NCBI GenBank assembly: GCA_021413775.1
Contig: JAIOPS010000036.1
Location: 1 to 60,990, forward strand
DNA length: 60,990 nt
Direction: 5' to 3'
DNA from: Candidatus Kaiserbacteria bacterium
GTDB lineage: Bacteria > Patescibacteriota > Minisyncoccia > Phycocordibacterales > UBA2100
Shown here: in pieces, positions 9,286 through 18,324 of the stretch
Position numbering within the stretch: the stretch's first letter is position 1
Layout: each line of letters begins with the position of its first letter
Position numbers and translations under genes: made by a program
Notes under the pieces: model-generated
What the model was told of the DNA's origin: nothing
Databases searched by the model: none
Seen by the model: only the letters and a program-made list of their open reading frames with translations

Positions 9286-10676
9286 GCTTTCTTGTCGATG
9301 CGTATGCCGAGTTCGATTAACTGTTCGGGTGTAAGCGGCTTCGGCGCGCGCATAACCGCCGTCTGGCCGCCTCTGCTCATCGGAAACGCGACGACTTCCC
9401 GCAAATACGATTCCCCCGCCAGGTTCATGATGTTGCGCTCGATTCCGAACGCAATACCGCCGTGAGGAGGAGCGCCGTATTTGAAAGCCTGCAGCATGTG
9501 GCCGATTTTTTCCTCAATTTCCTCGTCGCTCATCCCCATCGCTTTGTATGTCGCTTTCAGTATCTCCGGCTTGTGCGCACGGATGGAGCCGCCGCCGGAT
9601 TCGAAACCGTTGCAAACAAGGTCGTATTGCGTCGTAAGAATATCTCCCAGGTTTTCTCCCTTCATCAGAGCGTCGAGGTGCTCGGGAATAGGCATTGAGA
9701 ACGGATTATGAGTAAACGTCCATCGCCCGTCGTCCGTCTTCTCAAAAAACGGAAAGTCCACGACCCATGCGTACGCGAGTACACCGTTCGCTTTATCTTC
9801 TTCCGTGCGAAGGTCAAATTTGTCGGCACCGTATTTCTCCATTGCGTCCTTGTAGCCGATACGGGGGAACGGCTTCTCTTTTATGGTGAAGCCCATTGTT
9901 TCGACGGTACTCGTTATCATCGCCTCCATAAGAGACATGACGTCATCGCGGGTCACGAACGACATCTCGACATCTATCTGAGTAAACTCGAATCCGCGAT
10001 CGGCGCGGAGGTCTTCATCGCGAAGACATTTCGCAATCTGGAAGTATCGCTCTATTCCGCCGACCATGAGCAGCTGCTTGTACTGTTGCGGCGACTGCGG
10101 CAAAGCGTAAAAATTACCGGGGTTGTGACGGGACGGGACCACGAAGTCGCGCGAGCCTTCGGGCGTGGACTCCGTAAGAAGCGGAGTCTCTATTTCGGCG
10201 AATTTGTTTTGGAAAAGGAACTCTCTGCAGAGCTGAACGAACCGGCTTCTCAGGCGCATGTTTTTCTGCATGCGCTCGCTCCTGAGGTCGAGGTAGCGGT
10301 ATTTCAGCCGGGTGTCCTCGCCGATTACTGAGGTATCGGAAGAAATATCGAAAGGCGGCGTTTCAGCAGCAGCCAGGATTTCAATACCCTCAACCTGGAG
10401 CTCGATGTCGCCGTTCAGCTTCCCCGTCTGGACGTTCTTCTCCGGACGTGCGTTCACGATACCTGTGACAGCGACTACGAATTCGGTGCGCACATCGCGT
10501 GCGGATTCTATTGCGGGGCTTTTCGGCAGAACAACGCCCTGTACCGTTCCCGTCATGTCGCGAAAATCAAAAAAGACCATCTTCCCCTGGTCACGGCGGA
10601 CACTTACCCATCCCTGAATTGTCACGCTTGAGCCGACATGCTCTTTCAAGTCTTCTATGTATGTCCGGGTGCTCAT
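9282..10676 (-). CDS. aspS: aspartate--tRNA ligase, bacterial type lacking the GAD insertion
   Basis: OB-fold N-terminus, RLKYRYLDLR, LPQSPQQYKQ, FTQIDVEMSF, GAPPHGG. Confidence 0.93.
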   Translation of the reverse strand: MSTRTYIEDLKEHVGSSVTIQGWVSVRRDQGKMVFFDFRDMTGTVQGVVLPKSPAIESARDVRTEFVVAVTGIVNARPEKNVQTGKLNGDIELQVEGIEILAAAETPPFDISSDTSVIGEDTRLKYRYLDLRSERMQKNMRLRSRFVQLCREFLFQNKFAEIETPLLTESTPEGSRDFVVPSRHNPGNFYALPQSPQQYKQLLMVGGIERYFQIAKCLRDEDLRADRGFEFTQIDVEMSFVTRDDVMSLMEAMITSTVETMGFTIKEKPFPRIGYKDAMEKYGADKFDLRTEEDKANGVLAYAWVVDFPFFEKTDDGRWTFTHNPFSMPIPEHLDALMKGENLGDILTTQYDLVCNGFESGGGSIRAHKPEILKATYKAMGMSDEEIEEKIGHMLQAFKYGAPPHGGIAFGIERNIMNLAGESYLREVVAFPMSRGGQTAVMRAPKPLTPEQLIELGIRIDKKA

Positions 10677-11608
10677 ATGGTAACGCCAATTTTAGCCCGA
10701 ACGGCATTCATCTTCGCGGACGCGAGCATGCGGGCGCGCTCCGCGCCGTCGGCGAGCATCCGCCTCATTTCGTCGTCGGTGATGGCGTCGCGTTTCTCCC
10801 GCATCGGAGCGACGAGGGCTTCGATGTCCTCCACCAGAGCATCTTTCAACGCTTTGTACTTCCCCTTGTTCGCCGTGTACAGCTCGCCGAGCGAGTCTCT
10901 ATCCCGAAGCAGTGCATGGATGGCGTACACATGTTCGGGGCTTTCGGCGTTTGAATCGGTGACGATGGACATAACCGCCTTCGCAATCTCGTCTTTCGTA
11001 CCGAAAAGCGGAATGGTATTGCCGTATGATTTGCTCATCTTTTTTCCGTCCGTACCCGGCACAATCGCGACATCGCGCATGATGCGCTCCTTCGGCTCCT
11101 TGAAGGTCTCACCGAACGCGTTGTTGAACTTCATTGCCGCCTCACGGGCGTATTCTACGTGCTGCTGCTGATCGGAACCGACCGGAACGACGTCTGTGTC
11201 GTAGAGAAGTATGTCGGCCGCCATGAGCATCGGATAATTAAAAAGTCCGGCGTTGGCCTCCAGACCTTTGGCGACCTTGTCTTTGTAGGCGTGCGCCTGC
11301 ATAAGAAACGGAACCGTAACGAGACATTCGAATATCCAGGCCAGCTCCGTGTGCTCAGGTACGTCGCTTTGTTTAAAAATGACGGCTGCGGATGTGTCAA
11401 TTCCCGCCGCAACGTAATCTTTTGCGACGTTCATAATGTTTGTGCGGAGCTCGGCCGGTGCACGAAGCGTCGTCAGTGCGTGATAATCGGCAATCATGAG
11501 AAAACTTTCGTACTCCTTCGAGAGCTCAACAAACGGCTTGAGTGCGCCGAAGTAGTTGCCGATATGAAGCATTCCGGATGGCTGAAGACCCGTCAGTAAC
11601 CTTTGCAT
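10673..11608 (-). CDS. trpS: tryptophan--tRNA ligase
   Basis: TGLQPSG-HIGN, YPMLMAADIL, KMSKS; ATG 11608 with TATATT 7 nt upstream. Confidence 0.95.
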   Translation of the reverse strand: MQRLLTGLQPSGMLHIGNYFGALKPFVELSKEYESFLMIADYHALTTLRAPAELRTNIMNVAKDYVAAGIDTSAAVIFKQSDVPEHTELAWIFECLVTVPFLMQAHAYKDKVAKGLEANAGLFNYPMLMAADILLYDTDVVPVGSDQQQHVEYAREAAMKFNNAFGETFKEPKERIMRDVAIVPGTDGKKMSKSYGNTIPLFGTKDEIAKAVMSIVTDSNAESPEHVYAIHALLRDRDSLGELYTANKGKYKALKDALVEDIEALVAPMREKRDAITDDEMRRMLADGAERARMLASAKMNAVRAKIGVTI

Positions 11609-11647
11609 AGCGCTCAATATAGCAGGAAATCAGGCATTATCTATTCA

Positions 11648-13261
11648 TTATGCGACAGGCAGTTCGATGACGAACCTCGAGCCTTTGCCCGCTCCGTCGG
11701 ATTCCGCCCACACTTTTCCCCCGTGCGCTTCCACGACTTCTTTCGCGATGTAGAGGCCGTAACCGGTCGAATGCGCGTTTACCTTTATGGAGTCGGTACC
11801 GTGACCGCCTTCGGTAAAGAGCCGCTTCATATCATCCGGCGTTATTCCCACCCCGGTATCCGTGACGGTAAACCGGTACCGGGCCCCGCTGCGGACGGCA
11901 TCCACCTTGATGCTTCCCGACGGCGTGTACTTGATGGAGTTGTCGATGATGTTACGGAACACGTGCCGTTTGATTTTATCCTCGTCGCCCGTAAACAGGC
12001 AGGGTCCCGTTACGGGTATGTGAAATGACAGGTCGACGCCCTTCTCGTGCGCCTGAGGCGCCAGGTCGCGTACTATCGCATCGAGTGCCAGCGCAATATC
12101 AAACGACTGTTTGTGGTAGCTCACGGTTCCCTTCTTAAGATTCGATGCGTCGAGGATGTCTATGACCGTATCCACTCCTTTTCGTGTATCCGCAAGCGCG
12201 GAGACGGAGAGGTCCCGCAGCTGCGGGGTAACCTCGCCCACGTCACCGGATCTGATGGCGTCGAAAACAGCCGCGTTCTTCGTGAGATAGCCTTTGATTT
12301 CATGACTGATGAAATGCAGGAGCGACTCCTGCTGCCGGTTGGCTTTTTCGAGTTCCTGTTCCTGTTCCTGTATCAGCTCTCTCTGTCTGACGAGGTCGAG
12401 CGTATCCTGCACAATTTTGATTGAACCGATGAGCACAACGATGAATGCGGTGACGTTAATCGCAATACCACCGATGTCCGTCGAATACAGAACGTTTACG
12501 AAACTGAAAACAGTCACCATAAATCCCAAGAACGCCGTCGTTGCGACTTTCAGTTGAAACAGGTGGTGACGGTATATCGCATACGACGTCAGTCCGATTA
12601 TGGGGAGGAGAAAGAGTGCTGCAAGAGGAATAAAACTCAGCTGGTTGAGCATAACCGGCAGAAACACGTTGAAGAGCAGAATCAGTACGGCCGTAAGGAG
12701 CATACCGAGAAAAAACACGAAGACCTGCCGGCGTTCAACATCGTGTGCCGCGCGCCATTTCCGGTACAAATGGAGAACTCCGGTGATGAGAAGTCCGAAT
12801 GCCACAAGCGAGAAGAGCGCGATGCCGGGACCTCGCGAAGGATTGGTCACTTCTCCCGCGGGTGCGAGATGCGTTACGCCGGAGAAGACAAACGGAGTGA
12901 GTGTAAGCAGCGCGGTTGCCGCGACCACGGGGGTCAGTATATTCCGGTACCACCCCGGGAATTCTATGCGGGTCGAAGGGAAAACATATGCCAGCCGGAA
13001 GAAAGCGTACGCGTGCAGGACTGAAATACAAATATGTACCCGTAGGGCCCAAAGAGTCGCCGTCGTTGTAGTGAATCGGTACTCCAGGTAATTTGAAATC
13101 CCCCACACGACGGTGAGCATTGCAAAAAGGAGAAACGTTCTGTTCGTGATGCTGGTGCGGTCGTTGAGATAAATGAGAACGCCGAGTAGTGCGATACCGG
13201 TAATGGATATGCCGACCGAAAGCAAATCAAAGTTACTGCCGACGAGCTGCGTGATTCCCAT
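11648..13261 (-). CDS. sensor histidine kinase with about 9 N-terminal TM helices (HisKA_7TM-like intramembrane sensor)
   Basis: About 9 hydrophobic segments; H-box FISHEIK, N-box NIIDNSIKY, G1 DTGVG, G2 STGYGL. Confidence 0.92.
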   Translation of the reverse strand: MGITQLVGSNFDLLSVGISITGIALLGVLIYLNDRTSITNRTFLLFAMLTVVWGISNYLEYRFTTTTATLWALRVHICISVLHAYAFFRLAYVFPSTRIEFPGWYRNILTPVVAATALLTLTPFVFSGVTHLAPAGEVTNPSRGPGIALFSLVAFGLLITGVLHLYRKWRAAHDVERRQVFVFFLGMLLTAVLILLFNVFLPVMLNQLSFIPLAALFLLPIIGLTSYAIYRHHLFQLKVATTAFLGFMVTVFSFVNVLYSTDIGGIAINVTAFIVVLIGSIKIVQDTLDLVRQRELIQEQEQELEKANRQQESLLHFISHEIKGYLTKNAAVFDAIRSGDVGEVTPQLRDLSVSALADTRKGVDTVIDILDASNLKKGTVSYHKQSFDIALALDAIVRDLAPQAHEKGVDLSFHIPVTGPCLFTGDEDKIKRHVFRNIIDNSIKYTPSGSIKVDAVRSGARYRFTVTDTGVGITPDDMKRLFTEGGHGTDSIKVNAHSTGYGLYIAKEVVEAHGGKVWAESDGAGKGSRFVIELPVA

Positions 13262-13263
13262 AG

Positions 13264-14313
13264 TTACTTTTCTTCCACGGAGGACGCGAACGGCAAGCGG
13301 GACGCACGGGCAGTCGGAGCCTCGGCGCGTCCCACGCGGAACATAAAGACGAGATTGCCGTGTATACCGAATGCCGCCTTCGCGGTGTCATAGGAGTCGG
13401 TAATGAGTGCGCGCTGAGCGGCCGAAAACGTTCCGTCATCCCCGCCCTGAATAAGCAATCTGAAGAAAAGCACGCCTGTAAGCGGCTGCAGTGAAAGCCC
13501 CGAGGCGGCGGCGGTAAGCCATACGCGCTCAAGCGCTCTCCCCGCATCCACAAAAGCGCGCGGCTCAAGACTGGGTATGCTCAACGCGCCGAATGCGGCT
13601 GCAGCGGCGTTCGTCGCGCCGTTCTGTGAACGGACCATTTTATGCATTCCGAGCGCGGTCATACACCGGGCGCGACTCCACGCACGTAAGAGCCGGAAGC
13701 CTGCTCGCGCAGGGGGCGGAAGCTCGAGAGTCTCGATGTAAAAACCGATAGAATTCTTATCGTCCTCTTCCTTGGTCCAATTGATATGCGAAAAAAAGAA
13801 GTGATGAATAGCCTTGTGTGTAAGCATCACTTCCTCATTTACCGCACCGATATTTCCGAGTGTTTTCAGGGTTGCTGAATCGTCCACAAGAGTAATTTCC
13901 CCCATGAACCCCGGGGCCGCATTTTTAAGACGCATGCTCTCTGAATCTGAGAGAGGGTCAGCAGCGTAGGCCTTTCTGTTGGACGTGCGCGCTTCGATGA
14001 ATGCGGCTAGCGGGTCGGGTAGTGCTTGCCCGGAAATTGCTATGGTCGCAATGTGCGTAATATCGGTGCTCGGAAAGTAACGCACATCACAGGCTGCCCC
14101 CCTTTCGGATGCGGCGAGACAAAAATTTTCCAGCGCGGCGCCGTTTGCCATGTATGAAGCACGCTGACCCCAATTGTACGGCGATGTATCACGCTCCGGC
14201 CTGTTCCAGAGTTCGACAGTCTCGCCTTTTACGATAAACCGCCAGGGTTGGCAATTCTCGCCCGACGGAGCGCGAAGAGCTTTCTCGAGTGCGTAACGGA
14301 TGACATCGTTCAT
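13264..14313 (-). CDS. nitroreductase-fold (FMN-binding) oxidoreductase, Acg/Rv1355c C-terminal type
   Basis: RAPSGENCQPWRF, R-T-S-N-R-K-A-Y, AGRALERVWLTA, ARASRLP; ATGA overlap with the ThiF gene. Confidence 0.85.
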   Translation of the reverse strand: MNDVIRYALEKALRAPSGENCQPWRFIVKGETVELWNRPERDTSPYNWGQRASYMANGAALENFCLAASERGAACDVRYFPSTDITHIATIAISGQALPDPLAAFIEARTSNRKAYAADPLSDSESMRLKNAAPGFMGEITLVDDSATLKTLGNIGAVNEEVMLTHKAIHHFFFSHINWTKEEDDKNSIGFYIETLELPPPARAGFRLLRAWSRARCMTALGMHKMVRSQNGATNAAAAAFGALSIPSLEPRAFVDAGRALERVWLTAAASGLSLQPLTGVLFFRLLIQGGDDGTFSAAQRALITDSYDTAKAAFGIHGNLVFMFRVGRAEAPTARASRLPFASSVEEK

Positions 14314-15491
14314 AAATCAATATTAAATTTCTTCGCGAACGAACGGGCGACGTTCAGCCTCCGGGCGGATTCCTCCGGAGTACCCCACGCGGGTATCAGC
14401 TTTTCATCGAGAGAGATGAGCGCACGGTTATTTTCCAGTGATTCACCCGTCAGCACCTTGCGCGCACAGTACGCAACCGCCGCGCCGTTAATCATCGCCG
14501 CACCCCCGAGTTGCGGCCATGAGACTATCGTCTTGCCCATTTCCATAAGCGATTCCTGCATGCGCTCCGTCACATTTTCAGGACCGACCAGCTTTGTAAT
14601 GAGGCGACCGGTTTCGAATTTATCAAGACCTCGGAGCATGGCATAACTCACATCGCCCATGCGTCCGTGAAAAAAAGGCGTTTCGGGATCGAGGTCGTAT
14701 CTTTCTATATCGACGACCGCATTATCACCGTTGTCTGCGGCCATCAATACGGGAATACGCCGTTTTCGGGCTTCTTCGCGAATGAGACATTTGACCGCAA
14801 GGTTATCTATTTCGTCAATCACGATGTCGAGACCTTCAAAAAAATCGCTGATGGACTCCTCCTGAAGACCGTCGGTAAAAACCTCGACAGAGGCGTAAGG
14901 GTTCATTTCATATATGCGTCGGGCGGCCATGTGAACCTTGAGCTCGCCGAGCTCGGTCACGCCCGAGAGGATACGGTTCGTGTTGGTGAGAGCGAGCCGG
15001 TCCATGTCGGCAATTTTCATATGCCTGCCGCCTCCCTGCAGCGCGATTGCAAATGCTACGCTCGAACCGACGGAGAGTCCCGCTATGCCGATGGACGCGG
15101 AATAAAAGCGTTTCTGCTCGTCGGCGGTAATGAGATTCATGTTACGTGCCGTTCGTACCGCGTAGAAATCATCCTCGGGAAGAACATGAGAGAGTGCGGA
15201 AAGCCAGGGAAAATACACCCATCGGCCGTGCCGAAGAGTATCGCCGAAGGAATCGAAATATGTCCCGAACTGTGTCTTGAAATCCGGGGTATAGACTAAA
15301 GCTGGATTTTTTATGCCGAAAAGCTCAAGTTGCTGCTCCCGGTAGTCGTCAGAGACGCGACGGATACTACCCGATGCCATGAGAGAGGTGACGGTGTTAC
15401 GGTCCTCATCTTTTGAAAGGTCGAACAAGGTCGACAATGTCGAGAGTTGCGTATCCCCCGCGTCTTTCAAGAGACGTGCCAGGTCATCCAT
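14310..15491 (-). CDS. ThiF/E1-like adenylyltransferase, Rv1355c N-terminal type
   Basis: WVYFPW, RTARNMNLIT, GIAGLSVG nucleotide loop, IADMD-TNTNR, DEIDN, SWPQL. Confidence 0.88.
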   Translation of the reverse strand: MDDLARLLKDAGDTQLSTLSTLFDLSKDEDRNTVTSLMASGSIRRVSDDYREQQLELFGIKNPALVYTPDFKTQFGTYFDSFGDTLRHGRWVYFPWLSALSHVLPEDDFYAVRTARNMNLITADEQKRFYSASIGIAGLSVGSSVAFAIALQGGGRHMKIADMDRLALTNTNRILSGVTELGELKVHMAARRIYEMNPYASVEVFTDGLQEESISDFFEGLDIVIDEIDNLAVKCLIREEARKRRIPVLMAADNGDNAVVDIERYDLDPETPFFHGRMGDVSYAMLRGLDKFETGRLITKLVGPENVTERMQESLMEMGKTIVSWPQLGGAAMINGAAVAYCARKVLTGESLENNRALISLDEKLIPAWGTPEESARRLNVARSFAKKFNIDL

Positions 15492-15531
15492 AAGTACGTG
15501 GCTCTCAGTATACCGCGGTTTTATTGAGGCG

Positions 15532-17079
15532 TTATGCCTTTTTTACCCACTTGTGCTTCGTGCCGTGCGCGAAATGTTCCGCATGATTGTGCGCCCACGT
15601 AATGACGCGCGGATTTACACGGTCCTTCATAGCACCGACGAGGTAGTGATACTCGGTGCTTTTCTGCATAAGACTTTGTTTAATCGCCAGCCCGATTTGC
15701 GCAATGATCTCGTGAGTGCCGTCGACTGAATCCTTGAGCTCGACGTTGACCTCGAGGTACTCGTCCTGATTTTCCGCATGTTTTGTAAACATTGTAAATT
15801 TACCCGTGACGAATGGCTCGAGTTCGGCGGAGTGCAGTCCGTGGCGGATATGTTCCGGGAAGATTATCGCGCCGTAGAGCTTGGTGGAGAGGTCTGCACG
15901 CTCGTACACGTACACGAAGGGCAACTCCCTCACGGTGTCAGCGATACCGGCTTTTTTGATTTCGGCTTTGAGGTCTATCCCCTCCGCTGCGCAGATGCGC
16001 TTCACTTCCGAGTACGTCAATACGCCGCCATGGTCCCCGATATCAAATCTGACGAGAGGCAGCGCGCTTCCGGCGGTCGCATAGATCCGGTTATCAACCG
16101 CCTCGAAGCTTACGAACGACGGTACGAACTGCGCGAGTGTCGGCAGTCTGGTGGCATCGGAAAAGAGCGCCGGAAAAAGCGCCGGATGCGCGATGCTCAG
16201 ATGCCTGATAAGAATGGACAGCGGGGTTTCGGTGGCCATGGTCCCGAGTTCCGCGCTGCCGTAGATATTCATGACATCCCGGTGCGGATTTTTCATGCCC
16301 GTTTTCCGCATAAGGTAGTCGCGGAATTCCTCGGAAAAACCTTCCGCGGCGCACACGACACGCATATCGAAATGCTTCCAGGTCACACCGTTTTCCGGAC
16401 CGTCATCGATAACATCTTTCACAAACGGCGGATAGCCGCACAGTATGAGCTGCGTGTACTGCGGTCCGATTTCGCGGAGCGCCTCAAAGATTTCCTTCTT
16501 GTTTACACCCGGAGTAAGAATTGTGAGGGGGAAATCACGGTCAGAAATTCTTTTGAATGCCTCATACGTGATTATGCCGCCGATCCATACGCCCATGCCG
16601 AATGCGACAATGACGAGTGTCGGTTCTTTCGGGTTCAACCCGCTGTTCTCGAGAAATGTGCGGTGGTACACGTACGACTGCTCGTCTGTCGCGCCTGTAC
16701 GCGGAAAATAAAAGGGTTTGCCGGTCGAACCTGATGTCGCGGAAAGAACAAGCGGCTTACCTGCGAGCGCCCCGGGGAGAATAAGGTCCTCCCATGCGGA
16801 CTTTCTCAGGTAGTTGTCTTTCGACATCGGGGGTACTTTTTTGAAATCCGCTATTGAGTTTACGGTGCGGGAAAGAGTCCCTCGCTCTTTTAAAAAAGTC
16901 CGATATGCGGGAACATGGGAGGCCGCGGTTCTGAATATCTCAAGCATGTACTCCGACTGCATCGCGGACCATTTGGCTGAGCTGCCCGACGGTCCCGGCT
17001 GCAGAAAGAGCGACATCCTCTCAAGGGCCGAGCGTTTCTTGTCGGCAGCCGTCGAGCGCTTCTGACTGGGGCTTTTCAT
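15532..17079 (-). CDS. phenylacetate--CoA ligase family (PaaK-like) adenylate-forming enzyme
   Basis: ATSGSTGKP P-loop, IYGSAELG, VRFDIGD, YERAD core ANL motifs. Confidence 0.88.
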   Translation of the reverse strand: MKSPSQKRSTAADKKRSALERMSLFLQPGPSGSSAKWSAMQSEYMLEIFRTAASHVPAYRTFLKERGTLSRTVNSIADFKKVPPMSKDNYLRKSAWEDLILPGALAGKPLVLSATSGSTGKPFYFPRTGATDEQSYVYHRTFLENSGLNPKEPTLVIVAFGMGVWIGGIITYEAFKRISDRDFPLTILTPGVNKKEIFEALREIGPQYTQLILCGYPPFVKDVIDDGPENGVTWKHFDMRVVCAAEGFSEEFRDYLMRKTGMKNPHRDVMNIYGSAELGTMATETPLSILIRHLSIAHPALFPALFSDATRLPTLAQFVPSFVSFEAVDNRIYATAGSALPLVRFDIGDHGGVLTYSEVKRICAAEGIDLKAEIKKAGIADTVRELPFVYVYERADLSTKLYGAIIFPEHIRHGLHSAELEPFVTGKFTMFTKHAENQDEYLEVNVELKDSVDGTHEIIAQIGLAIKQSLMQKSTEYHYLVGAMKDRVNPRVITWAHNHAEHFAHGTKHKWVKKA

Positions 17080-17085
17080 GTGGTT

Positions 17086-17114
17086 ATTTTACAACGCAAA
17101 CGTCTATCTGTCCA
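17086..17114 (-). promoter_or_regulatory. sigma70-type promoter of the ligase-ThiF-nitroreductase-kinase cassette
   Basis: TGGACA (17109-17114), 17 nt spacer, TAAAAT (17086-17091), 6 nt, then ATG 17079. Confidence 0.6.
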
Positions 17115-17214
17115 TCTCTGCGTCCTGATTAGCGGTACCGAGAATGCATGCAAAACGCTACCCGATCAGTATCAGGTTCGCAGGTCCCTCGCGCAATCAC
17201 CCGCTGTGCAGTAT

Positions 17215-18288
17215 TTAGAGTCCTTCGTTGCGAAGCTTCTCGATGTGCTCTTTGGCTGACTTGGAAAGCTTCTTCGGAAATTGTACGTCGATACGGATGA
17301 GCAAATCTCCACGTGAACGTCCGTGCGGCACACCGTGATTTTTGACACGCACAACTTCGCCGTGGACTGTGCCGGCAGGAATTTCTACGGGAAGCTCACC
17401 GTCGAGCGATTGGACTCTGTACGTTGCGCCGAGAAGCGCGTCGGTCAGTTTTACGGGAAGCGACATCAGAAGTGCGTTTCCTTCCCGCGTAAATGCGGAA
17501 TCAGACTTAACGTGCAACTTGACGTAGAGGTCGCCGGCCGTGCCGCCGGGAACGGCCTCTCCGCGGCCGGGCATCCGTATCATTTCTCCGTTGTCGACGC
17601 CCGCAGGAACGCGGATTTCAATCTCCTCTTCTTTTTTTGCCACACCCGCACCGCGGCACGTACCGCACGGGCTTTCCGGGACCTCTCCCCGACCGTGACA
17701 CTTGGGGCATGCTCTGTTGGATGTGAAGGAGCCGAAAAAAGAATTTCGCGTTTCGTGAATTTCTCCCTTGCCGTTGCAGGTCGAGCAGGTCGTGAGCTTG
17801 GTGCCCGGCGTTGCACCGCTCCCGTCGCACGTGGCGCATATTCCCGTTTTCGTCAGAAGGACACGTCTCTCAGCGCCGAAGACGGCTTCCTTAAATGAGA
17901 GTTCGATATCTATAGAGATGTCACGGCCCCGCTGCTCGCGCGACCCGCCGCCGCCGAAAACGTCGCCGAAGATATCGCCGAGGTCGAATTCAAAAGCTTG
18001 CCCGTTGAACCCCTGCCCGTTGAACCCCTGAAAATTGGAGAAATCAAAGCCGCCGAACCCTTGGCCTTGCGAGCCGCCGCCCGCAAACGTCTTGCCGTAC
18101 GTGTCGTATTCCGCACGCTTCTTCTTATCCGAAAGCACTGCGTAGGCCTCGCTGGCCTCCTTGAACTTGGCCTCGTCGCCCCCTTTTTTGTCGGGATGAT
18201 GCTTCTGAGCGAGCTTTCTGAATGCCGACTTGATGTCGCTTTCGCTCGCATTGCGGGCAACTCCCAGTATCGCGTAGTAATCTTTCAT
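17215..18288 (-). CDS. dnaJ: chaperone DnaJ
   Basis: J domain with HPD, G/F-rich linker, four CxxCxGxG repeats. Confidence 0.97.
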   Translation of the reverse strand: MKDYYAILGVARNASESDIKSAFRKLAQKHHPDKKGGDEAKFKEASEAYAVLSDKKKRAEYDTYGKTFAGGGSQGQGFGGFDFSNFQGFNGQGFNGQAFEFDLGDIFGDVFGGGGSREQRGRDISIDIELSFKEAVFGAERRVLLTKTGICATCDGSGATPGTKLTTCSTCNGKGEIHETRNSFFGSFTSNRACPKCHGRGEVPESPCGTCRGAGVAKKEEEIEIRVPAGVDNGEMIRMPGRGEAVPGGTAGDLYVKLHVKSDSAFTREGNALLMSLPVKLTDALLGATYRVQSLDGELPVEIPAGTVHGEVVRVKNHGVPHGRSRGDLLIRIDVQFPKKLSKSAKEHIEKLRNEGL

Positions 18289-18324
18289 GCAATTGATTAT
18301 AGGTATCTCGTAACGCTTCGCAAC

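Noticed and set aside
14310-15491. ThiF protein as a thiamine/molybdopterin enzyme, a ubiquitin-like defence E1, or a microcin C-type RiPP maturase
   Set aside because: No ThiS/MoaD/Ubl, E2, JAB or cyclase genes nearby, no zinc CxxC pairs, and no convincing precursor peptide ORF seen; motifs fit the Rv1355c type with a nitroreductase partner
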